64,000 bases of DNA from an uncultured Chloroflexia bacterium (lineage in GTDB: Bacteria > Chloroflexota > Limnocylindria > Limnocylindrales > CSP1-4): NCBI GenBank assembly GCA_963801445.1, contig CAWDEW010000013.1, positions 44,927 through 108,926 of the forward strand. Reading direction: 5' to 3'. This document shows positions 49,189 through 59,528 of this stretch, piece after piece. Under the pieces are notes generated by a model. That model had not been told where the DNA came from and ran no database searches. It was given only the letters and a program-made list of their open reading frames with translations. Both the position numbers and the translations under genes were made by a program. Each line of letters starts with the position of its first letter. Position 1 is the stretch's first letter.

Positions 49189-49839
49189 TCAGACGGCGGG
49201 TGGGGCGGGCTCGACCTTCGGGGCCCGGGCCGGCGGGGGAAGCAGCAGTGCGGGCTCGACGATCGCGTCGACCAGCCCGAGCTTCAGGCACTCGTCGGGA
49301 CCGAGGAAGCGCTCGCGGCCGGACCAGATGAAGTTTCGCCACCAGCGCGCGTCGCGATAGCCCGTGCGGGCCGCGAACAGGTTCGCGACGGTGTGCTGGT
49401 AGTGCTCCGCCAGGGCCTGGTAGTCCTTGAAGATCCGCTCGTCCTCGCCGGAGAGGATCCACTGGGTGGAGTGGAGCATGAGCGTCCCGAACCGCCCGAT
49501 CGTGCGGCGGTCGCCCGCCTGGCTGACGATCGCGCCCATCGAGTACGCGTAGCCCAGGACGGCCGTGTCGATCCGGATCCGGTACTGCTGGCGCATCCGG
49601 TTGATCATCTCCATCATCGCCAGCCCGTCGCCCACGGACCCGCCGCCGGAGTTGATGAAGATCGTGATCGGCTCGTCGGTGCGGCCCGCGCGGGGCACGG
49701 CCATGAGCAGGATCGTCTTCGCGAAGTCCTCGGCATGGCTCGCGTCGATGTCGGTCACGAAGTAGGCGCCGGTCGCGTCCAGCGCCATCCGGCGCGCCTG
49801 TGCCTCCGCCAGGAGGGACCCGAGATCAGGCACGCGCAT
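49189..49839 (-). CDS. ClpP/S14-family serine protease-like protein (216 aa)
   Basis: IFINSGGGSVGDGLAMMEMI..TAVLGYAYSMGAIVSQAGD..MLHST match the ClpP Ser/His regions. The start is the ATG at residue 129 of the ORF. Confidence 0.65.
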   Translation of the reverse strand: MRVPDLGSLLAEAQARRMALDATGAYFVTDIDASHAEDFAKTILLMAVPRAGRTDEPITIFINSGGGSVGDGLAMMEMINRMRQQYRIRIDTAVLGYAYSMGAIVSQAGDRRTIGRFGTLMLHSTQWILSGEDERIFKDYQALAEHYQHTVANLFAARTGYRDARWWRNFIWSGRERFLGPDECLKLGLVDAIVEPALLLPPPARAPKVEPAPPAV

Positions 49840-50047
49840 CCCCACGACGACCTCCTCCCGCTGCCGCCGCCAGTCGGCCGACGGCGCCACGAAGAGCGTA
49901 GCGGCCTCCCCATCGTCCGGCACGTGCCGACTGGCAGCCTCGCCGCGACGGCCGGGCCTCCCCTCCCGCCACCCCCGGTCGCGCCCTGAGCCCCGCCCGT
50001 CCACGCGCCGCGTGGACGGGCCGAGCGCGACCCGGTAGGCTGGGCGA

Positions 50048-50230
50048 ATGTTCGGCCTCGACACCATCGTCGTCCTCCTGATCATCCTGGGCGTGGTCCT
50101 CGTCTGGCGGGGCCCGAAGGTGCTCCCGAAGTGGGGCGAGGCGCTCGGACGCGGCGTGAAGGCCGTCCGCAAGGAGGCCGCGGACCTGCACAGGGACGCG
50201 CCCGCGGACGACGAACCGCCCAAGGGCTGA
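50048..50230 (+). CDS. tatA: twin-arginine translocase subunit TatA/E
   Basis: 60 aa with an N-terminal TM helix MFGLDTIVVLLIILGVVLVWRGPKVLPKWGEALGRGVK, an amphipathic helix and an acidic tail. Confidence 0.8.
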   Translation: MFGLDTIVVLLIILGVVLVWRGPKVLPKWGEALGRGVKAVRKEAADLHRDAPADDEPPKG

Positions 50231-50251
50231 TCCCGGGCCTCGGCGATCGCG

Positions 50252-52330
50252 TCAGCCCACCAGCTGCGCCGCGAGGGCCTCGGGCTCCGTCACCGGTTGC
50301 CGGCAGGCGAAGGAACGGCACACGAAGGCCGTCGGCGCGCCCCCGATCGCGAAGCGGGCCTGGAGGAGGGCCACGGCCGAGGCCGCTGGATCGGACGCCG
50401 TCGCCAGCACCAGGCGCGGCCGGTACGTTCCCCGGGCAGCGCGCAGAAGGCGCATCGTGCGGGGATCCGATCGCTCGCCGACGATCGCAACCTCCGCGAC
50501 GGGACCAACCTGCCAGTCCATCGCCACGAGCCACTGGGCGAACGCGGTCGGATAGGCAGCGGCCGCCGGGCCGATCGCCCGGAGCGCCGCCCCGGCCGCG
50601 TCCGCGTACGCCCCGTTGCCGGTGAGCGCCGCGAGGCGAAGGAGCACGGTGGAGGCCATCGCGCCGCCCGACGGGACCGCGTTGTCCTCGAGCGCCTTCG
50701 GCCGGGCCACGAGCACCTCCGCGTCGACGGCGGTGTCGAACCAGCCCCCGGCCGGGTCCGCGAAGCGGGCGAGGATCGCGTCGGCCAGTCCGCAGGCGGC
50801 CAGGAACCAGCGCTCGGTCCCGGTCGCCTCGTAGAGCGCGACGAGCCCCTCGGCGAGGCAGGCGTGATCTTCGAGCGTGCCGGCGTGAAGCGCGCGGCCG
50901 TCCTTCCACGAGCGCCGCAGGAGGCCGGCCGCGTCGGGCAGCGCATCCACCAGCTGGCCGGCCGCGCGCTCGGCCAGCGCCCGGTATCGAGCGCCCGCGG
51001 CGGCGAGCTGCGGATCGGGCTCCAGGGCCAGCCGCCCCGCCGCTTCGGCAAGGGCCGCGATCATCAGGCCGTTCCAGGCCGCCAGCGCCTTGTCGTCGCG
51101 AGCCGGCTGGGGACGTCGGTCGCGAGCAGCGCCCAGGGCCGCCCTGGCCCGGGCGAGGCGCTCCGCCACCTCGGCCGCCGCCAGGCCGTGGCGCCCGGCA
51201 AGCGCGGCGTCCGAGGCGGCGCGCCGGAGGATGACCCGCCCCTCCCAGTTGCCCGCCGGCGCGACGTCATAGGCGGCACCGAAGAGTTCCACGTCCGCGG
51301 CCAGTCCGGCGGCTCCCAGCACCGCGGCGACCTCGTCGGCAGCCCAGGTGTACGTGGCCCCCTCCTCGCCGCCGGTGTCCGCATCGAGGCTCGCCGCGAA
51401 CGTCCCGTCCGGACGGGTCATCTCGCGGGCCACGAAGTCGAGGGTCGTCCGGGCCACGTCGAGGTAGGCGGGGTCGCCGGCGAGCTCCCAGGCGTGCAGG
51501 TACGCCCGGGCCAGCTGGGCGTTGTCATAGAGCATCTTCTCGAAATGGGGCACGAGCCAGGTCGGGTCCGTGCTGTAGCGGGCGAAGCCGCCGCCCAGCT
51601 GATCGTGGATGCCGCCGGCCGCCATCCGGTCGAGCGTGCGCCGGGCGATGGGCAGCGCCCGCGCGTCGCCGGCGGCCGCCCGCCGCAGCAACAGCTCGAT
51701 AGCCATCGGCTGGGGGAACCTGGGGGCCGAGCCCCATCCCCCATTGACCGGGTCGAAGCCCGCGTCGAGCGCCGCGACCGCCCGGTCCAGGAGTCCCTCG
51801 TCGGGCTCGGCGTCCCCGTCGGAGAGCCGGCGCGGCCGGGCGAGCTCCGCGGCCAGGGCGCTCCCGGCCCGCTCCACCTCGTCGCGACGTTCGCGCCAGG
51901 CGGCGGCGATCCCGTCGAGAACGTCCCGAAAAGCCGGCAGCCCGTGGCGCCTCGCGTTCGGGAAGTAGGTGCCCCCGTAGAACGGGCGCCCGTCCGGGGT
52001 CAGGAAGACGCTCATCGGCCAGCCGCCGGAGCCGGTCAGCGCCTGCACGGCGGCCATGTAGACGGCGTCGAGGTCGGGCCGCTCCTCGCGGTCCACCTTG
52101 ATGCTCACGAAGTGGTCGTTGAGGAACGCCGCCGTGCCCGGGTCCTCGAACGACTCGCGCTCCATGACGTGGCACCAGTGGCAGGCCGCGTAGCCTATCG
52201 AGAGGAAGATGGGGCGATCCGCCAGGCGGGCGCGCTCCAGCGCCGACGGGCCCCACGGCTCCCAGTCGACCGGGTTGTGGGCGTGCTGGAGGAGGTACGG
52301 GCTGGTCTCGCCCGCGAGGCGGTTCGGCAT
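50252..52330 (-). CDS. thioredoxin-domain protein of the YyaL/DUF255 family (N-acylglucosamine-epimerase-like alpha/alpha barrel)
   Basis: [47 protein letters not shown] at the N-terminus, then the long alpha/alpha toroid region. The start was chosen at M11. Confidence 0.8.
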   Translation of the reverse strand: MPNRLAGETSPYLLQHAHNPVDWEPWGPSALERARLADRPIFLSIGYAACHWCHVMERESFEDPGTAAFLNDHFVSIKVDREERPDLDAVYMAAVQALTGSGGWPMSVFLTPDGRPFYGGTYFPNARRHGLPAFRDVLDGIAAAWRERRDEVERAGSALAAELARPRRLSDGDAEPDEGLLDRAVAALDAGFDPVNGGWGSAPRFPQPMAIELLLRRAAAGDARALPIARRTLDRMAAGGIHDQLGGGFARYSTDPTWLVPHFEKMLYDNAQLARAYLHAWELAGDPAYLDVARTTLDFVAREMTRPDGTFAASLDADTGGEEGATYTWAADEVAAVLGAAGLAADVELFGAAYDVAPAGNWEGRVILRRAASDAALAGRHGLAAAEVAERLARARAALGAARDRRPQPARDDKALAAWNGLMIAALAEAAGRLALEPDPQLAAAGARYRALAERAAGQLVDALPDAAGLLRRSWKDGRALHAGTLEDHACLAEGLVALYEATGTERWFLAACGLADAILARFADPAGGWFDTAVDAEVLVARPKALEDNAVPSGGAMASTVLLRLAALTGNGAYADAAGAALRAIGPAAAAYPTAFAQWLVAMDWQVGPVAEVAIVGERSDPRTMRLLRAARGTYRPRLVLATASDPAASAVALLQARFAIGGAPTAFVCRSFACRQPVTEPEALAAQLVG

Positions 52331-52484
52331 GGCAGGGCCGATGGTAGCCCGGCGTCCCATCCGTCACGATCCGGACGATGCGGCTCGGTCGACCCCGGCC
52401 GGTCAGGCGCGTGCGGCCGAGGTAGCGTCGGGCCGGTCAGATCTCCATAACAGAGAGTCCACAATTCACATATAGAAAAGCCAC

Positions 52485-52517
52485 TTGACAGATTGGCAAG
52501 TCGTCGTCCAATATGCT
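52485..52517 (+). promoter_or_regulatory. promoter-like elements inside an approximately 90-nt AT-rich island (TTGACA ... CAATAT/TATGCT)
   Basis: Region 52441..52530 (atctccataacagagagtccacaattcacatatagaaaagccacTTGACAgattggcaagtcgtcgtcCAATATGCTcgc) is sharply AT-rich against a 72% GC background. It lies between the divergent yyaL-like gene and the small-ORF/DUF2089 operon. Confidence 0.35.
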
Positions 52518-52543
52518 CGCACGAAGCACAGGAGACGTGGGGC

Positions 52544-52687
52544 ATGAACCAGTATCCGATCCTCTTTCCACGGCGGGGGGCCGCAGAGCTGCGCCGGCAG
52601 CTCGTCGAGTCCAGCATCCGGCGCGACCTGCGTCGCGCCGCCGAGTGCGCCCGCCGGGAACGGCCCCTCGGCAAGGAGCGCGGCTGA
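52544..52687 (+). CDS. small protein (47 aa) translationally coupled to the DUF2089 gene
   Basis: AGGAGA SD 8 nt upstream of the ATG. MNQYPILFPRRGAAELRRQLVESSIRRDLRRAAECARRERPLGKERG. Its stop overlaps the next ATG (TGATG). Confidence 0.35.
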   Translation: MNQYPILFPRRGAAELRRQLVESSIRRDLRRAAECARRERPLGKERG

Positions 52688-53133
52688 TGCCGCACGACGC
52701 CATCGCCACCTGCCCGATCTGCGCCGGGGAGCTCGCCGTGACGCGCCTCCACTGCCGCGCCTGCGGGACGACGCTGGAGGGCGACTTCAACGTCGGGCGC
52801 TTCGCCCGGCTCGGTCGCGACCAGTTCGCCATGCTCGAGAGCTTCCTGCGCTCCCGGGGCAACCTCAAGGAGATGGAGCGCGAGCTCGGGATCAGCTACC
52901 CGACCGTCAGGGCCCGGGTGGAGGGACTGCTCCGGGCTCTGGGCCTCTTCGATGGCCCCGTGGTCGATGGCGACGAAGAGTCGATCGAGGCGGCCGCTCC
53001 CGTCGTCGCCGCACCCGCCATCCGTTCGGCCGAGGAGACCGCCGCGGCGCGGCGCCAGATCCTGGAGCGGCTCGCCCGGCGTGAGATCGACGCGGCCACC
53101 GCGGCTTCCGAGCTGCGCGGGCTGGGCGCCTGA
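52687..53133 (+). CDS. DUF2089 family protein (zinc ribbon plus HTH)
   Basis: MPHDAIATCPICAGELAVTRLHCRACGTTLEGDF.. then FAMLESFLRSRGNLKEMERELGISYPTVRARV, a helix-turn-helix. Confidence 0.65.
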   Translation: MPHDAIATCPICAGELAVTRLHCRACGTTLEGDFNVGRFARLGRDQFAMLESFLRSRGNLKEMERELGISYPTVRARVEGLLRALGLFDGPVVDGDEESIEAAAPVVAAPAIRSAEETAAARRQILERLARREIDAATAASELRGLGA

Positions 53134-53134
53134 G

Positions 53135-54076
53135 ATGGACCTCGATCCGACCCCGGCTCCCGATCCGGAGCGGAGCCACGACATCGGTCCGGCGGGGCTC
53201 GTCGTCGTCGAGGTGACGGCCGACGACGTGCGCGTGCGCGGCGTGGACGGGACCGTCGCCCGGCTCGTCTCCGGCCACGCCCCCGAGGCACTGCGCATCG
53301 AGACCGGCGATCGTCGCCTGGTCGTCCGGTCGCGCGTCGGTGGGCCGGGCGCGTTCATGGGGATCCGGATCGGCAGCTGGGGCTTCGGGACCACCATCTC
53401 GGGAACGGTCGAGCTGGAGGTCCCCCGGGGCAGTCGCCTGGAGATCACGACGGCCTCGGGCGACGTCGCGGTTCGCGACGTCCAGGGCGGGGTCCAGGTC
53501 CGGACCGCGAGCGGCGACGCCTCCCTGCGCGGGGTCGCCGGCGACGTGAGGTTCCAGGGCGCGTCCGGGCGGCTCACCGTGGTCGCCGAAGCGCCGATCA
53601 GCCTCAGGGCGGAGACGATCTCCGGCGACGTCGGGGTGGAGGCGCCCCGGGTCGACGGGGCCCAGGTCCGCACCGTGAGCGGCGACGTCGAGATCGCCAC
53701 GACGTTCGCGCCGGTGGGCGCCCACGCCATCGAGACCACCTCGGGCGACGTGGAGCTGGCCGTCGGCGGCGGGCTGACCCTCGATGCCCGGACCGTGTCC
53801 GGGGACGTTGACGTCAGCCACCCGGACCGGGTCCGCGGTCGCGAGCGCCGAGACCCGATCGTCATCGGCGACGGATCCGCGCGCCTCACCGTCCGGACGC
53901 TCGCCGGTGACATCGACGTGCGGCGAGGCGCTCCGGCCGCGAAGCCGGCAACCCCGGCGGCTCCCCGCGACGACCCCGCGCTCGACATCCTCGAGGCGCT
54001 CTCGCGGGGCGAGATCGATGTCGCGGAGGCGGAGCGGCGGCTCGTGGCCGCGGGTAGCGGTGGACCCGATGCCTGA
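53135..54076 (+). CDS. DUF4097 family beta-repeat protein (putative adhesin / LiaF-C-like)
   Basis: Repeated SGDV/SGDA beta-strand units (ASGDVAVRDV, ASGDASLRGV, ISGDVGVEA, VSGDVEIAT, TSGDVELAV, VSGDVDVSH, LAGDIDVRR). The ATG lies 2 nt after the DUF2089 stop. Confidence 0.65.
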   Translation: MDLDPTPAPDPERSHDIGPAGLVVVEVTADDVRVRGVDGTVARLVSGHAPEALRIETGDRRLVVRSRVGGPGAFMGIRIGSWGFGTTISGTVELEVPRGSRLEITTASGDVAVRDVQGGVQVRTASGDASLRGVAGDVRFQGASGRLTVVAEAPISLRAETISGDVGVEAPRVDGAQVRTVSGDVEIATTFAPVGAHAIETTSGDVELAVGGGLTLDARTVSGDVDVSHPDRVRGRERRDPIVIGDGSARLTVRTLAGDIDVRRGAPAAKPATPAAPRDDPALDILEALSRGEIDVAEAERRLVAAGSGGPDA

Positions 54077-54476
54077 CCCGCTCGAGGACGTCCTGCGGCT
54101 GGTCGCGGAAGGGCGGCTCACGCCCGCGGAGGCCGCCCCGATCATCTCCGCGCTCAGCGATCGCGGCACGTCCGGGCTCGACGGCAGGGGCGGGGCCGGG
54201 CCGGCAGGTTCGACGCCGCCGCCTCGACCCGGGCGCGGCCCCGCGCGGTCGGCGGACGATCGCCCGCCACGCCTCCGGATCGCGGTCCGCGACAACGGCC
54301 GGACGGTCGTCGACCTGCAGGTCCCGGGTGTCCTCGCCGAGCTCGCCGCGTCGCTGCCCGGGATCCCGGCGGCGTACACGGACCGCGTGCGCGACGCCCT
54401 GCGGGCCGGGATTCGCGGCCAGATCGTAGACATCCGGGACGACGGCGGCGGCGGCCTCTCCATCGTGATCGACTGA
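54069..54476 (+). CDS. hypothetical protein (135 aa) with a SHOCT/DUF1707-like N-terminus
   Basis: The start overlaps the DUF4097 end by 8 nt. MPDPLEDVLRLVAEGRLTPAEAAPIISAL..., a Gly/Pro linker, then a beta-rich C-terminus. Confidence 0.45.
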   Translation: MPDPLEDVLRLVAEGRLTPAEAAPIISALSDRGTSGLDGRGGAGPAGSTPPPRPGRGPARSADDRPPRLRIAVRDNGRTVVDLQVPGVLAELAASLPGIPAAYTDRVRDALRAGIRGQIVDIRDDGGGGLSIVID

Positions 54477-54530
54477 CCGATTCCCGGTCGCAGCCCGGGT
54501 GGACCGCGCCGGGTCGCTACGATTGCCGGG

Positions 54531-55856
54531 ATGCCCAGGGCGCCCCACCTCCCGCGTGCAGCGCGCACCGCCCTCGACGAGTGGCGGGCGTTCGGCCACC
54601 CGCGCTACCGGACGTTCCACGGGATCGGCGGTGGGGCGGCAGCCGTATTCGCCCTGGCCGGCGACGGCCTCACCATCCCGCTGCTCCTCGCGCTCGGGAC
54701 GCCGGCGGGCGTCGCCACGATCATCGGCGTCCTGCCCATGGCGTTCTCGGCGGCCCAGCTGCTGGTCCCGAGCCTGCTCCGCCGGACGGACGGGAACCTG
54801 CGCATGGTCACGCTGGGCATCCTTGCCGTGGGCGAGACCCGCGGCCTGATCCTGGCGGCGATCGTGGCCCTCCACGAGCTGCACGTCATCCCGTCCCCGG
54901 CCGCGGTCGTCGCGATCGCCCTGGTGATGAGCGTGGCCGGGGCCGCCTCCGCCATCGGCGGGGCGAACCTCCTCGCCTGGTACGGCGCCATCCTTCCCGA
55001 GACGGAACGGCGCTTCGTCGCGCCCAGGGTGCAGGGGATGAGCCAGGGCCTGGGGGCCGTGCTCCTCCTGCCGGTGGCCCTCGTCGTACAGGTGGGCCTC
55101 GGGGCCATCGGCCTGCTGGTCTACGGCTTCGTGTTCGTGGCCGCCGGCCTGCTGGGGATCGGGGAGCTGGCCGTCGTCACGCGCCTGCGGCACCCGGGCC
55201 GGGTGCACGTCGCGCCGCGGGGCGAGGCGCCGCCGCGCTCCCCCGAGACCGGGCGCTTCATCCGGGACGTCGCGATCGCGGCGATCGGGGCGGGCCTGGG
55301 GCCCTATCTCTCGATCTACGCGATCAGCGTCCTGCACCTGCCCCCGGGCTTCGCGATCGTCCTGTCGGCGCTCGCCTCGGCCGCGTCGCTGACGTCCGCG
55401 ACGATCGTCAGCGGCTGGCTCCACCGGGGATCCGCGTCGCGGACGCTGCGGCTCAGCTTCATCATGCGCGGCGGCTCGATGATCCTCGGGCTGCTTGCCT
55501 TCCCGGGCAATCCGCTGGCCTGGCTGGTCCTGTGCGCGGTCTCGATCCTGGCCACGGCGGGCTGGGCGGCCGGCTCCCTGGCGGCCAACGAGCGCCTCCT
55601 TCGCCTCACGGGGGGCGTGGACCTGATCGGCGCGCAGGCCGCGTTCGTGGCCTGGAGCGCCGCCGGGGTCACCGCCGGCCAGGTCGCGTCGGGCACGATC
55701 CTGGCGATCGTCCCGCTGGGCTACCTGCCCTTCGCGGCGCTCTTCGCGATCTCCGGGCTGACCCGGCTCATCCTGGCGACACGCGTTGACGTCGGCCCCG
55801 GCTGGTCGTCGGCGACGGCGGCCTTCGACGTCGAGGAGCTCAAGCGCGGCCGTTGA
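54531..55856 (+). CDS. MFS transporter
   Basis: 441 aa with 12 TM helices. Confidence 0.7.
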   Translation: MPRAPHLPRAARTALDEWRAFGHPRYRTFHGIGGGAAAVFALAGDGLTIPLLLALGTPAGVATIIGVLPMAFSAAQLLVPSLLRRTDGNLRMVTLGILAVGETRGLILAAIVALHELHVIPSPAAVVAIALVMSVAGAASAIGGANLLAWYGAILPETERRFVAPRVQGMSQGLGAVLLLPVALVVQVGLGAIGLLVYGFVFVAAGLLGIGELAVVTRLRHPGRVHVAPRGEAPPRSPETGRFIRDVAIAAIGAGLGPYLSIYAISVLHLPPGFAIVLSALASAASLTSATIVSGWLHRGSASRTLRLSFIMRGGSMILGLLAFPGNPLAWLVLCAVSILATAGWAAGSLAANERLLRLTGGVDLIGAQAAFVAWSAAGVTAGQVASGTILAIVPLGYLPFAALFAISGLTRLILATRVDVGPGWSSATAAFDVEELKRGR

Positions 55857-56029
55857 CGTTCGCGACGGGCCCGGCCGGGGAGCCCGCCAGGGCTGCGAGG
55901 CCGATCGAACCGCGAGCCGGCGCGGCGCTGCGGCATCTCTCGGAGCCCCGGGCTCCGCAGCCGTCCCGGGTGTCCCATCGGATTCCGGTTGCGCCTGTCC
56001 GTCGGCGCTGCTAGGATGAACAGACGCTC

Positions 56030-57130
56030 ATGACTGAGCAATTGCTCACTCCCTCCCCAGTCCGTGAGGGCAGCGCCGTGCCCGAAGACCTCGGTCCGGT
56101 CGAGTTCGAACGGCTGGCCCGGATCGCCCATCGCTACTACGTGGACGACCGGACCCAGCAGGAGATCGCTCGCGAGTTCGGCCTGTCGCGGCCGAAGGTC
56201 CAGCGCCTGCTCGAGCGTGCCCGTGCGTCCGGGATCGTGGACATCCACATCGAGGCGCCGCCCTGGTTGAACCTTGGCCTGGAAGCGCGGCTGCGCGAGA
56301 CGTTCGGGTTGAGCGACGCGATCGTCAGCCCGCCGCGCGACGATCCGCAGTCGCGGCGCGAGGCGGTCGCCCGGAGCGCGGCCATCTACCTCGAGCGGCG
56401 TCTCCAGGACGGCACGGTCGTCGCGGTGAGCCACGGCCGCGACACCGGCGAGGTGCCCCGCTTCTTCCGGCCGGAGCGGCGCCTGGACTGCACCTTCGCC
56501 AGCGCCATGGGCGGCTCCCCCCGCGTGGATGCCCCGACGAATCCCAACGAGATCTGCCGGGCGCTGGCCAGCCGCTGCGGCGGTCGGGCGGAGAGCCTCT
56601 ACGCCCCGGCCTATGTCGAGAGCGCCGACATGCGCGACCGCCTCCTGGCCGAGGAGGCCGTCGCCCACACGCTGGGCGCCGCAGCGCGGGCGGACGTCGC
56701 GCTCGTCGGGATCGGCGGCGTCGACGATGGCTGCACCATGGTCCGGAGCGGCTGCCTCTCGCTCGAGGAGGTCGCCCGCCTGCGCAGCCAGGGCGCCGTC
56801 GGCGACGTGCTCGGGAACTACGTCGACGCGAACGGGCGGCCCGTCGCCTCGCCCCACAGCAGCCGGCTCGTGGGCCTCAGCATGGATGAGCTGCACCGGA
56901 TCGGGACGGTCGTCGCCGTGGTCAGCGAGGCGGAGAAGCCGCCCGCGATCCTGGGCGTGCTGCGGGCCGGCGTCATCGACGTCCTGATCGTGGACGAGAC
57001 GAACGCGCGGGCCGTGCTCGAGCTCGCCGCCAGCATCGACCTGCCCGCAGCCGGCCCGGGCGGCCGGGCCCGCGGGCGCGCCGCCTCGCCGCCCGGTCGC
57101 GGCTCCCCGACGGCCGCCCGGAGGAGGTGA
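56030..57130 (+). CDS. SorC/DeoR-family sugar-binding transcriptional regulator
   Basis: N-terminal HTH (RLARIAHRYYVDDRTQQEIAREFGLSRPKVQRLLERARASGIV) plus a sugar-phosphate-binding domain. Confidence 0.8.
   Translation: MTEQLLTPSPVREGSAVPEDLGPVEFERLARIAHRYYVDDRTQQEIAREFGLSRPKVQRLLERARASGIVDIHIEAPPWLNLGLEARLRETFGLSDAIVSPPRDDPQSRREAVARSAAIYLERRLQDGTVVAVSHGRDTGEVPRFFRPERRLDCTFASAMGGSPRVDAPTNPNEICRALASRCGGRAESLYAPAYVESADMRDRLLAEEAVAHTLGAAARADVALVGIGGVDDGCTMVRSGCLSLEEVARLRSQGAVGDVLGNYVDANGRPVASPHSSRLVGLSMDELHRIGTVVAVVSEAEKPPAILGVLRAGVIDVLIVDETNARAVLELAASIDLPAAGPGGRARGRAASPPGRGSPTAARRR
56035..56048. promoter_or_regulatory. perfect 14-bp palindrome TGAGCAATTGCTCA overlapping codons 2-6 of the sorC-family gene; TAGGAT -10 at 56012..56017
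   Basis: Read directly from the sequence: gctgcTAGGATgaacagacgctcATGACTGAGCAATTGCTCAct. A candidate autoregulatory operator. Confidence 0.3.
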
Positions 57131-57193
57131 CGAGCGCGCAGGAGCCCCGATCCCCGCCCTTCTCGTGACTGCAGCACCGAAGGAGGTGCGACC

Positions 57194-58048
57194 ATGCCAG
57201 TCGTCCCCACCCGCGACATCCTGGCCAGGGCGTTCGCCGAGCGCTACGGCGTCGCCGCGATCAACGTCATCAACGACCTGACGATCGAGGCCGTCCTCGC
57301 CGCCGCCGAGGAGCTCAGGGCCCCGGTCATCCTCCAGACCTCGGTCAAGCACGTGAAGATGACCGGGATCGACGCCATGTACGCGCTGTGGGTCGAGTAC
57401 ACCCGGCATGTCTCCGTCCCGGTCGCCCTCCACCTCGACCATTGCCCGGAACGCGACGTCATCAGCGCCTGCCTGGCCAGGGGCTGGAGCTCCGTCCTCT
57501 TCGACGCCAGCAAGCTGTCGGTGGAGGAGAACAAGCGCCAGTGCATCGAGGTCGTGGCCGAGGCCCGCCGCTACGGCGCCGACGTCGAGGGCGAGATCGA
57601 GGGCTTCAAGCGGACCGAGGAGATGACCGGCGACGAGGCCCAGCACGTCCAGAGCCTCGAGACGGTCGTCGACTTCGTGCGGACCACCGGGGTCGACGTC
57701 TTCGCCCCGGCGATCGGAAACGCGCACGGTACCTACAAGACGGCCCCGACCCTCGATGCCCAGCGGGTGACGGACATCGTCGAGGCGACGGGCAAGCCGG
57801 TCGCCCTCCACGGCGGCACGGGCATGTCCCCGGAGCAGTTCAGCGACCTCATCGGTCGGGGCTGCGCCAAGGTGAACATCAGCACCGCCCTCAAGATCGC
57901 CTACATGAAGTCGGGCTACGACTTCATGACCGAGCACCCCGGCGACTACGACCCGCCCAAGATCTTCGGCGCCCAGCGGGCGGCCGTCGTGGAGATGGCG
58001 AAGCACCACATCCGCCTCTTCGGCAGCGAAGGAAAGGCCTGGACGTGA
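57194..58048 (+). CDS. class II fructose/tagatose/ketose-bisphosphate aldolase family protein
   Basis: VAAINV.N.E, LHLDHC, GEIEG, HGGTG zinc-aldolase motifs of the FBA class II family. Confidence 0.8.
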   Translation: MPVVPTRDILARAFAERYGVAAINVINDLTIEAVLAAAEELRAPVILQTSVKHVKMTGIDAMYALWVEYTRHVSVPVALHLDHCPERDVISACLARGWSSVLFDASKLSVEENKRQCIEVVAEARRYGADVEGEIEGFKRTEEMTGDEAQHVQSLETVVDFVRTTGVDVFAPAIGNAHGTYKTAPTLDAQRVTDIVEATGKPVALHGGTGMSPEQFSDLIGRGCAKVNISTALKIAYMKSGYDFMTEHPGDYDPPKIFGAQRAAVVEMAKHHIRLFGSEGKAWT

Positions 58049-58818
58049 GCGCCCTCGTCTTCGACTGCGACGGCGTCCTGGCCGACACCGAGCGCCACGG
58101 CCACCTGCCGGCGTTCAACCAGGCCTTCACCGAGTTCGGCCTGCCGGTCCAGTGGTCCGTCGAGGAGTACGGCCGGCGCCTCAAGATCGGCGGCGGCAAG
58201 GAGCGGATGGCGAGCCTCCTGACCCCGGAGTTCGTGGCGGCGGCCAGCCTGCCCACTGACCCGGACGAGCAGGCGGCCGAGATCGCGAAATGGCACAAGC
58301 GCAAGACGGCCATCTACACGGAGATGGTCGTCGCCGGCAGGCTCCCGCCGCGGCCCGGGATCCGCCGGATCATCGGCGCCGCCCAGGACGCCGGGTGGAA
58401 GCTCGGCGTGGCGTCCACGTCGGCGGAGGCGTCAGTCCACGCCATCCTCGAGTACGCCGTCGGGCCCGAGCGGGCGGCCCGTTTCGACGTCTTCCTGGCC
58501 GGCGACTGCGTCCCGCGAAAGAAGCCCGCCCCCGACATCTACCTCCTCGCCCTCGAGCGGCTGGGCGTCGATCCCGGGCGCGTCCTGGTCGTCGAGGACT
58601 CGAGCAACGGCCTCGAGGCGGCGCACGCCGCCGGCCTGCGCTGCCTCGTCACGGTCAACGGCTACACGGAGAAGGAGGACTTCAGCACGGCGACCCTCGT
58701 CGTCTCGTCGCTCGGGGATCCCGACGGCGAGAAGACAACCATCATCGCCAACCGCTCGGCCGCCCGGCCGGGCGCCTGCGTCACGCTGGCCGACCTGGAA
58801 GCGTGCCTCGCCCCGTAG
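58045..58818 (+). CDS. HAD-IA family hydrolase (CbbY / beta-phosphoglucomutase-like phosphatase)
   Basis: The GTG overlaps the aldolase stop. Motif [12 protein letters not shown], then GVASTS and VEDSSNG motifs. Confidence 0.75.
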   Translation: MSALVFDCDGVLADTERHGHLPAFNQAFTEFGLPVQWSVEEYGRRLKIGGGKERMASLLTPEFVAAASLPTDPDEQAAEIAKWHKRKTAIYTEMVVAGRLPPRPGIRRIIGAAQDAGWKLGVASTSAEASVHAILEYAVGPERAARFDVFLAGDCVPRKKPAPDIYLLALERLGVDPGRVLVVEDSSNGLEAAHAAGLRCLVTVNGYTEKEDFSTATLVVSSLGDPDGEKTTIIANRSAARPGACVTLADLEACLAP

Positions 58819-58858
58819 CCGGCACCGCGGCCTACGCCCAGCACGAAGGGAGGTTCGG

Positions 58859-59518
58859 ATGACCAAAGCGTCGCTCGACGATCTCGACCTCGTCCTCAAG
58901 ACGATGGCCAGGACGATCGTTGACAACGCGGAGTACTTCGCCCACCTGGACTCGATCGTCGGCGACGGCGATTTCGGCTATTCGCTGCGGAACGGGTGGG
59001 AGGTCGTCGTCAGCGACTACGACACGTTCGACCACGCCAGCGCCGGGACGATCCTCAAGAAGGTCGGCCTGACCCTGACGGGCAAGGTCGGGGGCGTCAG
59101 CGGGCCCATCTGGGGCACCGCCTTCCTGCGGGCCGGGATCACCGCCGCGGACCGGACGGAGCTCGCGCCCGAGGACGTCATCGCGATGCTGCGCGCCTCG
59201 ATCACCGGGATCATGGCCCGCGGCGGGGCGTCGCTCGGTGAGAAGACCCTGCTCGACGCCCTGGTCCCGGCCACCGACAGCCTCGAGGCGGCGATCACCG
59301 ACCCGGCGATGCAGGGCGATCACGGCGTGGCCGCCATCCAGCGGGCCGCCGACGTGGCGGTCAAGGCCGCCGAAGACACCAAGCCAATGCTCGCGCTGCG
59401 CGGCCGGGCCGCGTACACGGGCGACCGGAGCATCGGCTCCGTCGACGCCGGCGCGACCGCGATCGGCGTGATCCTCCAGGCGATCAGCGCCGCTTGGCGC
59501 GAGAAGTACGGAAGTTGA
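58859..59518 (+). CDS. dhaL: dihydroxyacetone kinase subunit L (ADP-binding)
   Basis: DSIVGDGDFGYSL, GGVSGPIWG, LRGRAAYTGDRS motifs. Confidence 0.85.
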   Translation: MTKASLDDLDLVLKTMARTIVDNAEYFAHLDSIVGDGDFGYSLRNGWEVVVSDYDTFDHASAGTILKKVGLTLTGKVGGVSGPIWGTAFLRAGITAADRTELAPEDVIAMLRASITGIMARGGASLGEKTLLDALVPATDSLEAAITDPAMQGDHGVAAIQRAADVAVKAAEDTKPMLALRGRAAYTGDRSIGSVDAGATAIGVILQAISAAWREKYGS

Positions 59519-59528
59519 GGAAGCACGA

